Shown here: positions 56,438 through 64,000 of the stretch, in pieces
Layout of the letters: every line of letters starts with the position of its first letter
Numbering within the stretch: the stretch's first letter is position 1
Assembly (NCBI GenBank): GCA_005777805.1
Contig: SXLG01000018.1
Coordinates: forward strand, 10,051-74,050
Length of the DNA stretch: 64,000 nt
Direction: 5' to 3'
Source: Pseudomonadota bacterium
Lineage (GTDB): Bacteria; Desulfobacterota; Binatia; UBA12015
Notes under the pieces: model-generated
Seen by the model: only the letters and a program-made list of their open reading frames with translations
What the model was told of the DNA's origin: nothing
Database searches by the model: none
Program-made: the position numbers and the translations under genes

Positions 56438-58762
56438 ATGGCGAAGAACCTGATCGTGGTGGAGTCCCCGGCGAAGGCTCGGACGCTCCAGAAATATCTC
56501 GGGCGTGGCTACAAGGTCTGCGCCTCGATCGGGCACATCCTCGATCTCCCCAAGAGCAAGCTTGGCGTCGATATCGAGAACGACTTCCAGCCGCAGTACA
56601 GTGTGCTCAAGGGCAAGGCCGCGGTGGTCGCCGAGCTGCGCAAGGCAGCCAAGGACGCCGAGACCATCTTCCTTGCTCCTGATCCCGACCGCGAAGGCGA
56701 GGCCATCGCCTGGCACATCGCCGACCAGTTGAAGGTGCCGCGCGAACGCCTCAAGCGCGTGCTCTTCCACGAGATCACCAAGGATGCGGTCAAACGCGCG
56801 CTTGCCGAGCCCGCCGAATTGAACCGGGACCGCTACGACGCGCAGCAGGCGCGTCGGGTGCTCGACCGGCTGGTGGGCTACCAGGTCTCGCCGCTTCTGT
56901 GGAAGAAAGTCCGCCGCGGTCTCTCCGCCGGTCGTGTGCAGTCGGTCGCCGTCCGCGTCGTGGTCGAGCGCGAGCGCGAGATCCTGGCGTTCAACCCGGT
57001 CGAGTACTGGTCGGTGACCGCTCGCCTGAGCGCCGATGCTCCGCCCGAGTTCGAGGCGAGACTGGTCGAGATCGGCGGCCGGCGGCTCGACCGCAGTGCC
57101 TTCCGACTCGAGAACGAAGCAGCAGCGCAGCGCGTGGTCGAGACCGCACGCGGCGCTCGCTGGGTCGTCGGGCGCGTCGAGACCAAGGAGCGGCGGCGCA
57201 ACCCGCAGCCCCCCTTCATCACCTCGCGCCTGCAACAGGAAGCCTCGCGCAAGCTCTCCTTCAATCCACGGCGGACGATGGCCGGGGCGCAGCGGCTCTA
57301 CGAAGGCGTCGAGATCGGTGCCGAGGGCGCCGTCGGTCTCATCACCTACATGCGCACCGACTCGACTCGGGTGTCGCCCGAAGCGCAGGCCGAGGCGCGG
57401 GAAGTGATCGCGAGCCGTTTCGGTGAGCGCTATTTGCCCGAGAAGCCGCCGGTCTATCGCGCGCGCAAGCAGGCCCAGGACGCGCACGAGGCGATCCGGC
57501 CGACCTCGGTGGCGCGCACCCCGGAGTCGGTCCAGCCCTATCTCGAATCCGACGAGTTCCGGCTCTATCAGCTCATCTGGAACCGCTTCGTTGCGAGCCA
57601 GATGGCGCCGGCGCTCTTTGATCAGACCGCGGTAGACTTTCCGATCGACGATCTGCTCTTCCGCGCCAACGGCCAGGTCACGAAGTTCGACGGTTTTATG
57701 CGCGTCTACACCGAGGGGGTCGACGACAAGCCGCGCGACGAGGCCGAAATCGAGGCCGAGGCCGGCTCGGAAGATGACCGCGCGTTGCCGCTGCTCGCCA
57801 GGGGGCAGACCTGCCAGGCGAAGAGCGTCGAATCGGCGCAGCATTTCACGCAGCCCCCACCGCGCTTCAATCAGGCCGCCCTCATCAAGGAGTTGGAAGA
57901 GAAAGGCATCGGGCGTCCCTCGACCTACGCCAGCATCATGGGGACGATCCTGGAGAAGGAGTACGTCAACGAGGACGAGCAGCGCCGGATGCGGCCGACC
58001 GAACTTGGAATGCTGGTGAACGATCTCCTCGTCGAGGCGTTCTCCGACATCTTCGACGTGACCTTCACCGCCGCCATGGAGGAGGTGCTCGATCGGGTCG
58101 AGGAGGGCACCGAGAACTGGGTCAACGCGACGCGCCGCTTCTACGAACCCTTCGCCAAGGATCTTGAGCTTGCCGACGAGCGGATGCCCGACGTCAAGAC
58201 ACGAAAAATCGAGACCGATCTGAAGTGCGATCGCGACGGCGCGCCGATGGTCGTTCGCTGGGGACGGCGCGGCGAGTTCCTGACCTGCGAAAAATATCCC
58301 GAATGCCGGAACTCCAAGAACTTCACCCGCGCCGAGGATGGGACCATCATCCCGGCCGTTGAAGAGACGATCGACCGGACCTGTCCCGAATGCGCCCGGC
58401 CGATGCAGATCCGCTACGGGCGGTTCGGCAAGTTCGTGGGTTGCACCGGCTACCCCGAGTGCCGCCAGGTGCAGCCGTTCAAGCTGCCCGAGCCGATCGG
58501 CCTCAAATGCCCGCAGTGCGCCGAGGGCGACGTCGTTGCCAAGCCTACCCGTCGACGCAAGCTTTTCTATGGCTGCAACCGCTACCCGAAGTGCGATTTC
58601 AGCACCTGGGACAAGCCGATCCCCGAGCCGTGTCCGCAGTGCGGCTCGTCCTATGTGGTCGAGAAGGTCACCAAGCGCGCCGGGACCGAGCGGCGCTGCC
58701 CTGTGGCCGAGTGCACCTACCGCGAGGCGGTCGAGACCACCGACGGGTCGGCTGCGGTCTGA
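56438..58762 (+). CDS. topA: DNA topoisomerase I
   Basis: MAKNLIVVESPAKARTLQKYLG (TOPRIM), LAPDPDREGEAIAWH, ITYMRTDS (catalytic Tyr), and C-terminal Zn-ribbon Cys4 repeats. Confidence 0.97.
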   Translation: MAKNLIVVESPAKARTLQKYLGRGYKVCASIGHILDLPKSKLGVDIENDFQPQYSVLKGKAAVVAELRKAAKDAETIFLAPDPDREGEAIAWHIADQLKVPRERLKRVLFHEITKDAVKRALAEPAELNRDRYDAQQARRVLDRLVGYQVSPLLWKKVRRGLSAGRVQSVAVRVVVEREREILAFNPVEYWSVTARLSADAPPEFEARLVEIGGRRLDRSAFRLENEAAAQRVVETARGARWVVGRVETKERRRNPQPPFITSRLQQEASRKLSFNPRRTMAGAQRLYEGVEIGAEGAVGLITYMRTDSTRVSPEAQAEAREVIASRFGERYLPEKPPVYRARKQAQDAHEAIRPTSVARTPESVQPYLESDEFRLYQLIWNRFVASQMAPALFDQTAVDFPIDDLLFRANGQVTKFDGFMRVYTEGVDDKPRDEAEIEAEAGSEDDRALPLLARGQTCQAKSVESAQHFTQPPPRFNQAALIKELEEKGIGRPSTYASIMGTILEKEYVNEDEQRRMRPTELGMLVNDLLVEAFSDIFDVTFTAAMEEVLDRVEEGTENWVNATRRFYEPFAKDLELADERMPDVKTRKIETDLKCDRDGAPMVVRWGRRGEFLTCEKYPECRNSKNFTRAEDGTIIPAVEETIDRTCPECARPMQIRYGRFGKFVGCTGYPECRQVQPFKLPEPIGLKCPQCAEGDVVAKPTRRRKLFYGCNRYPKCDFSTWDKPIPEPCPQCGSSYVVEKVTKRAGTERRCPVAECTYREAVETTDGSAAV

Positions 58763-58871
58763 CGCCGGCATGGCGGAGGCGAGGGCAGGCGCGATGCCGA
58801 GACGGCCGGACGGATCCTTTGCGGCCTGACCCAGACTGGTGTCTGTGGGACCTCTGCTAGAAACGCCCGGC

Positions 58872-60200
58872 ATGGAACCGCGGGTCACGGTCGTGGGGGG
58901 CGGGCTCGCGGGTTGCGAGGCGGCCTTTCAACTTGCGCGCCACGGGGTCGGGGTCGACCTCATCGAGATGCGTCCCCTGCGCGGGACCGAGGCCCACGAG
59001 ACCGATCAACTCGCGGAGCTGGTCTGTTCCAACAGTTTGCGCAGTGACGACGTCTCGACTGCGATCGGTCTCCTCCACGAAGAGATGCGCCGGCTGGGCT
59101 CGCTCGTGCTCCAGGTGGCCGATGCCCACCGCGTGCCCGCGGGCGGTTCGCTTGCCGTCGATCGCCGCGGGTTCAGCCAGGCGGTGACCGCCGCGATCCT
59201 GGCTCTCCCCGAAGTAAAGCTGCACCGGCGCGAACTCGACGCGTTGCCGAGCGAGCTCGCCGTCGTCGCGACCGGGCCGCTGACCGCACCAGGGCTCTCG
59301 CAGGCACTGGCCGGACTCTGCGGTGCCGAGCATCTTTTCTTCTACGACGCGATCGCGCCGATCGTGACTGCGGAATCGATTGACCAGGACCGGGTCTTCC
59401 GGGCCTCGCGCTGGGGCAAGGGCGGGGACGATTACATCAACTGTCCGCTCGACCGTGAAGGATACGAAGGGCTGGTGGCCGACATCCTCGCGGCCGAGAA
59501 GGTACCGACGCGCGACTTCGAGCAGGCCGTCCATTTCGAGGGTTGTCTGCCGGTCGAGGAGATGGCGCGGCGTGGCCGTGACACTCTCGCCTACGGACCG
59601 CTCAAGCCCGTCGGCCTGGTCGATCCGCGCACCGGGAGGCGACCCTGGGCCGTGGTGCAGCTTCGCCAGGACGATGCCGACGCGCGGCTCTTCAATCTCG
59701 TGGGCTTCCAGACGCGCATGACCTATCCCGAGCAGCGCAGGATTCTGCGGACCATTCCCGGTCTCGAGCGGGCCGAATTCGTGCGGCTGGGCAGCCTGCA
59801 TCGCAACACCTTCATCCGCTCGCCGCAGGTGCTCGATCCCACGCTGCGGCTGCGCGCCCGGCCGCATCTCCTGCTCGCCGGGCAGATCATCGGCGTCGAG
59901 GGGTATGTGGAATCGGCGAGCATGGGCTGGCTCGCGGGAATCAATGCCGCCCGGCTCGCGCTCGGCGAGGCGCCGCTCATCCCGCCCGAGACCACCTCGA
60001 TCGGCTCTCTGGTGCGCTACATCACGACGCCGGAGAGGCGTGACTTCCAGCCGATGAACGCCAACTACGGACTCTTCCCGCCGCTCGATGACCCGCGCGT
60101 GCGCGGTCGCGATCGCAAACAGGCGCATGCGGCGCGTGCGCTCGCCGCAATCGATGAGTTCGGCAGGCGAGCTCGCGCGCATCTCGCCCCCGCTGCGTGA
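58872..60200 (+). CDS. trmFO: Methylenetetrahydrofolate--tRNA-(uracil-5-)-methyltransferase
   Basis: [66 protein letters not shown] at 58872. Confidence 0.93.
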   Translation: MEPRVTVVGGGLAGCEAAFQLARHGVGVDLIEMRPLRGTEAHETDQLAELVCSNSLRSDDVSTAIGLLHEEMRRLGSLVLQVADAHRVPAGGSLAVDRRGFSQAVTAAILALPEVKLHRRELDALPSELAVVATGPLTAPGLSQALAGLCGAEHLFFYDAIAPIVTAESIDQDRVFRASRWGKGGDDYINCPLDREGYEGLVADILAAEKVPTRDFEQAVHFEGCLPVEEMARRGRDTLAYGPLKPVGLVDPRTGRRPWAVVQLRQDDADARLFNLVGFQTRMTYPEQRRILRTIPGLERAEFVRLGSLHRNTFIRSPQVLDPTLRLRARPHLLLAGQIIGVEGYVESASMGWLAGINAARLALGEAPLIPPETTSIGSLVRYITTPERRDFQPMNANYGLFPPLDDPRVRGRDRKQAHAARALAAIDEFGRRARAHLAPAA

Positions 60201-63200
60201 GCGAGGGCGCGATGGGCGAGGGGCGGCACGGCGACGAGGTGGGGACGGGCGCTCCCGGTGCAGCCGGGTCACTCGATCGCCTGGCTGCCCGGACGGGCCT
60301 CGATGTGCGGCAGCTTGCTGTGGAGACCGCGTTCGCGGCGGCGCCCGAGCTGGCGGTCGTGCGCGCGCTGGATCTGCGGGATCATGCCCGCGAGATCGCG
60401 CGGCTCGATCCCTCCCAGCGGCGCGCCCTCTTCAGTCTGCTCGGAGGCAGCGCGCACCTGAGCCGCGTGCTCTCGGCCGATGCACGCTGGAGCGACTGGA
60501 TCCGCGACGCCACAGCAGGGATCGATGCGCCACCTGAGCTCGATGGCGCAGCTCTCGTGCGCAGCGGACTCGAGGATCCAGCTGCGGGTGCTTCGGGCCT
60601 GCGGCGCTGGCGGCAGCGGGCCTACCTCCGTCTCGGCGCACGCGATCTCTGGGGCCTTGCCCGTGTCGCCGAGACGCTCGCCCGACTCAGTGACCTCGCC
60701 GATACGGCGATTGCCGCGGCGGCCGCGCTCGCGCGGGCCGAGGTCGAGCGCGACTTTGGTGCCCTCACGCTCGCCGGCGGCCGGCCCAATCGCTTCGTCG
60801 TGCTCGGTCTCGGCAAGCTCGGTGCGCGCGAACTCAACTATAGCTCGGACGTCGATCTCGTCTTCGTCCACGAAAGTGATGGCGCCGAGAGTGCGGGTGG
60901 AACGCGCGGCCGCGTCGGTGCGAACGCGTGGTTCACGCGCATGGCCGAGCGCATCACCAGGCTTCTGGCCGAGGTCACCAGCGAAGGCTTCGTGTTCCGG
61001 GTGGATCTGCGCCTGCGGCCCGATGGCCGCAACGGCCCGATCACCACGTCGCTCCTGGCCACCCTCCAGTATTACGAACGGCTGGGCGAGACCTGGGAAC
61101 GGACGGCGCTCTTCAAGGCCCGTCCGGTCGGTGGCGATCTCGCGTTGGGCGACGAGCTGCTCGCCGAGCTCGCGCCCTTCATCCACCGGCGCACGCTCGA
61201 CTTCGCGATGATCGAGGAGCTCGAGCGCATGAAGCGCCGGGTCGAGCGCGAAGTCAGCGGCCCGAATGCAGCGCGCAATGTCAAGCTTGGCCCCGGGGGC
61301 ATCCGCGAGGTCGAGTTCTTTGCCCAGTCCTTTGCCATGGTCCACGGCGGCCGGGATGCGCGTATGCGCGAGCGCTCGACTCTGCGCCTGCTCGACGTGC
61401 TCGCCGCAACAGGAAGGGTCCCGCAGGACGAGGCCCGGCTTCTCGGTCGGGCCTACCGCTGGTTGCGCCGCGTCGAGCACGCCTTGCAGCTCGATGAGGA
61501 TCGCCAGCTTCACACCCTGCCGGCCGACGACGCGGGGCTACGCACCGTGGCGCGGCGTCTGGCCTGTCACCTCGAGGGGCAGGGGCCGGTCTGGGAACGG
61601 GCCCCGCGTGACCAGGATCTTGAAATCTTTTTGGCCGGGCACGCACATTGGACGGGCGTCGTCCGTCGCGCTTTCTCGGAGCTCTTCCGCGAGCGCCGTC
61701 AATCTACATTCTCGCTCGCGGACGAGGAAGCTCGCCGGCTTGTCGAGGATCTCGACGACCCCGCGATCGAGGCAAGGCTCTGCGAGGCCGGCTTTGCCCG
61801 CCCGTCGGCGACGCGCTTGAACCTGCTGCTCCTGCGCGACGGCGGGCCCGGCCGTGCTCTGGGCACGGGCACACGCCGGGCTCTGCGCGCACTCGCGCCG
61901 GCGCTGCTGGCGACCGCCCGGCGCACCGGCGAACCCGATCGTGTGGTCGAGAAGCTCGCTGCGTTTCTTGCCGGTTCGAATGTGCGGCGCGGCTTCATTG
62001 CGCTACTGGCCGAGAACCCGGGCACGCTCGAACTGGTGGCCTCGGTCTTCGCTCACAGTGAGTACCTGACACGACTGCTGGGGGGGCATCCCGAACTGCT
62101 CGATACCCTGGTGCGTTCGGATTTGGCGGTGGTCCAGCGTCCCGTCGAGTCCATGCGCGAGGAACTGGCGGAGCGGCTCATCGTGGCCTCGGACGAGGAG
62201 TCACGACTCGATGCTTTGCGTCGCTTCCGGGCCGATGAGTTCCTGCGCATCGGGATCCACGACATCCAGGATGAACTCCACTGGTCCGAGGTCGGGCGTC
62301 AGCTCTCCGACCTGGCCGAGGTTTGTCTCGGGGGCGCGGAAGAGATGGTTCGGCGGCACTTCGCGTGGCGTGGGGTCGAGCCGCCCGGGCAGGACATGGC
62401 CATCGTGGCGCTGGGTAAGCTGGGTGGGCGGGAGCTCAACTACCACTCGGATCTGGATCTGATCTTCGTCTACGGCCCGAGTGAGCCCGGACGTGAGGCC
62501 CCCGATTCGCCACCGGCCGTCGAAGCCCAGGAGTTCTTCGTGCGCCGTGCGCAACGCCTGCTCGGGGTCTTGCAGGTGGTGACACGCGAGGGCTTCGTCT
62601 ACAAAATAGACACACGCCTCCGCCCCTCGGGGCGGAGTGGAACGCTGGTCAGCTCGCTCGACGGCTTCACGCGCTACCACGCGGGCAGCTCTGCTACGTG
62701 GGAGCGCCAAGCCCTCACCCGGGCGCGTGTGGTGGCCGGTCCCCCGGCCCTGGCGCGGCGCATCGAGGAGGTGATCTCGCGATTTGTCTTCGGGCGTGGG
62801 CTCGCCGACGAGGAACGCGCCGAGATTGCGCGCTTGCGTTGGCGCATGGAACGCGAGCTCGCGCGCGAGGACGCAACCCACATCGACCTCAAGATGGGTG
62901 CCGGCAGCCAGGTGGACATCGAGTTCATGGCCCAGGTCATGGCGCTGGCACACGGCCACGAGCACCCCGAGCTGCGGCGTCGCGCGACACGCGAGATCCT
63001 CGACGGGGCGCGTTCCACGGGCGTGTTGTCGCCGGAGTTGCACGAGACTCTGACGCGGGCGCATTCCTTCTTTCGTGGCCTCGACAATCGACTGCGGATC
63101 GAGGGCGAGCACCCGGTGGAGCGGATCGAGTGCACACCCGCGCGGCTTGCCAGTGCCGCGCGACGGATGGGTTTCACGGGAACGGCCGAGCAGACCGGCC

Positions 63201-63286
63201 GCGCTCTGTTAGAGGAACTCGGCCGCCATCGCCTGAGGGTGCGGGAGATCTACGATCGGCTGGTGGGCCGCTTCCGCCGGCCCTGA
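60197..63286 (+). CDS. glnE: Bifunctional glutamine synthetase adenylyltransferase/adenylyl-removing enzyme
   Basis: Two nucleotidyltransferase halves, each with GKLG[AG]RELNY.SD[VL]DL[VI]FV and RLRP[DS]GR.G. GTG at 60197 overlaps the trmFO stop; the ATG at 60212 is an alternative. Confidence 0.93.
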   Translation: MSEGAMGEGRHGDEVGTGAPGAAGSLDRLAARTGLDVRQLAVETAFAAAPELAVVRALDLRDHAREIARLDPSQRRALFSLLGGSAHLSRVLSADARWSDWIRDATAGIDAPPELDGAALVRSGLEDPAAGASGLRRWRQRAYLRLGARDLWGLARVAETLARLSDLADTAIAAAAALARAEVERDFGALTLAGGRPNRFVVLGLGKLGARELNYSSDVDLVFVHESDGAESAGGTRGRVGANAWFTRMAERITRLLAEVTSEGFVFRVDLRLRPDGRNGPITTSLLATLQYYERLGETWERTALFKARPVGGDLALGDELLAELAPFIHRRTLDFAMIEELERMKRRVEREVSGPNAARNVKLGPGGIREVEFFAQSFAMVHGGRDARMRERSTLRLLDVLAATGRVPQDEARLLGRAYRWLRRVEHALQLDEDRQLHTLPADDAGLRTVARRLACHLEGQGPVWERAPRDQDLEIFLAGHAHWTGVVRRAFSELFRERRQSTFSLADEEARRLVEDLDDPAIEARLCEAGFARPSATRLNLLLLRDGGPGRALGTGTRRALRALAPALLATARRTGEPDRVVEKLAAFLAGSNVRRGFIALLAENPGTLELVASVFAHSEYLTRLLGGHPELLDTLVRSDLAVVQRPVESMREELAERLIVASDEESRLDALRRFRADEFLRIGIHDIQDELHWSEVGRQLSDLAEVCLGGAEEMVRRHFAWRGVEPPGQDMAIVALGKLGGRELNYHSDLDLIFVYGPSEPGREAPDSPPAVEAQEFFVRRAQRLLGVLQVVTREGFVYKIDTRLRPSGRSGTLVSSLDGFTRYHAGSSATWERQALTRARVVAGPPALARRIEEVISRFVFGRGLADEERAEIARLRWRMERELAREDATHIDLKMGAGSQVDIEFMAQVMALAHGHEHPELRRRATREILDGARSTGVLSPELHETLTRAHSFFRGLDNRLRIEGEHPVERIECTPARLASAARRMGFTGTAEQTGRALLEELGRHRLRVREIYDRLVGRFRRP

Positions 63287-63298
63287 ACGGAGGAACCG

Positions 63299-64000
63299 GT
63301 GCAGAAGAGTGGCTGGATCTGGATGGACGGCAGGTTCGTTCCCTGGGACGACGCCAACGTCCACGTTCTGACCCATACGCTGCACTACGGCCTCGGCGTG
63401 TTCGAGGGGATCCGCTGCTACCGCTTGACGGGCGGGGGATCTGCCATCTTCCGGCTCGCCGAGCACGACCGGCGCCTGGTCGAATCCGCCCATGTGCTCG
63501 GGATCGAGATGCCTTTCTCCCGCGCCGAGATCGACGCCGCCTGCATCGAGACGGTGCGCCGCAACGGGCTCGAGGAGTGCTACCTGCGGCCGCTGGTCTT
63601 CCTCGGCGACGGCAAGATGGGACTTGCGGCGGAGAATCCGGTGCGGGTGGCGATCGCGGCCTGGCCGTGGGGCGCCTATCTGGGCGAGGAGGGCGTCCGG
63701 CTCGGCGTTCGCGCCAAGACGTCGTCGTTCTGGCGCTTCCACAGCAATACCTTCATGCCGCGCGCCAAGAGCGTGGGGAACTATCTCAATTCGATCCTTG
63801 CATCGCGCGAAGTGCAGCGCGCAGGTTACGACGAAGCGATCCTGCTCGACACCGAGGGTTTCGTCGCCGAGGGCAGTGGCGAGAATCTCTTCGTGATCCG
63901 CGACGGCGTTGTCAGCACGCCCGAACCCTATGCCGCGTTGTCGGGAATCACGGCGGCAACCGTGACCACCTTGCTGCGCGAGCGTGGGCACGAGGTCCGC
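63299..64000 (+). CDS. ilvE: Branched-chain-amino-acid aminotransferase (3' partial at window edge)
   Basis: Not in the ORF track because there is no stop in the window. I translated it by hand from the GTG at 63299 (GGAGGA 5 nt upstream): VQKSGWIWMDGRFVPWDDANVHVLTHTLHYGLGVFEGIRCY..PRAKSVGNYLNSILA..AEGSGENLFVI. The frame stays open to 64000. Confidence 0.9.
   Translation, partial: MQKSGWIWMDGRFVPWDDANVHVLTHTLHYGLGVFEGIRCYRLTGGGSAIFRLAEHDRRLVESAHVLGIEMPFSRAEIDAACIETVRRNGLEECYLRPLVFLGDGKMGLAAENPVRVAIAAWPWGAYLGEEGVRLGVRAKTSSFWRFHSNTFMPRAKSVGNYLNSILASREVQRAGYDEAILLDTEGFVAEGSGENLFVIRDGVVSTPEPYAALSGITAATVTTLLRERGHEVR

Noticed and set aside
55889-58888. 999-aa minus-strand ORF opposite dprA/topA
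   Set aside because: It is antisense to an unambiguous topoisomerase I and DprA. The sequence is low-complexity (R, G, L, A, D) with no recognisable motifs. It is a GC-driven shadow ORF.

Overview
GC-rich bacterial chromosomal segment (third codon positions are almost all G/C), densely coding on both strands. I support about 48 protein genes, 2 pseudogenes, 3 tRNAs, and several local direct-repeat loci and hairpins. I found no rRNA, no CRISPR array, and no recognisable transposase, integrase or phage gene. Family names (DUF and TIGRFAM numbers) are recalled from motif recognition, not from searches, and need HMM confirmation.

Gene content, in order:
- PAS fragment, acyl-CoA dehydrogenase, FIST protein
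- Thr-type sulfatase-fold protein
- S8 protease
- rmlBACD operon with a cupin/DUF4301 pair
- TetR regulator, alpha/beta hydrolase, lipoprotein, SufT-like protein, hotdog dehydratase
- A run of envelope-type genes: an MprF-flippase-like/sulfatase-fold fusion, a beta-helix/diheme-cytochrome fusion, an EEP lipoprotein, an MFS transporter, an FG-GAP protein, an HpnN-like RND exporter and a GT-C-like membrane protein
- DUF2855, then a decayed haloalkane dehalogenase
- gltX followed by tRNA-Gln and tRNA-Glu
- Two orphan CheY-like receivers flanking tRNA-Lys
- YVTN propeller protein and ZIP transporter
- A cluster of secreted Cys-rich proteins with a ferritin-like protein and a flavoprotein
- ggt and a GT2 glycosyltransferase
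- NAGS-like acetyltransferase, SCP2, dprA-topA-trmFO, glnE, ilvE

The CGNG..GEECD Cys-rich module and the general style suggest a Myxococcota or other delta-like lineage. That is inference only.

Most noteworthy:
1. Many intergenic or 5' regions carry locus-specific direct repeats with a recurrent offset of about 71-75 bp. These include a four-copy array containing a perfect 37-bp repeat at 43453-43700, and an 850-bp non-coding tract.
2. The 1016-aa fusion of a flippase-like membrane domain to a Thr-type sulfatase-fold domain.
3. An uncharacterised secreted domain present three times in the 44242-47652 cluster.
4. A haloalkane dehalogenase with three separate lesions.

I did not find a canonical defence, toxin or mobile system. 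The candidate novel items are hypotheses.
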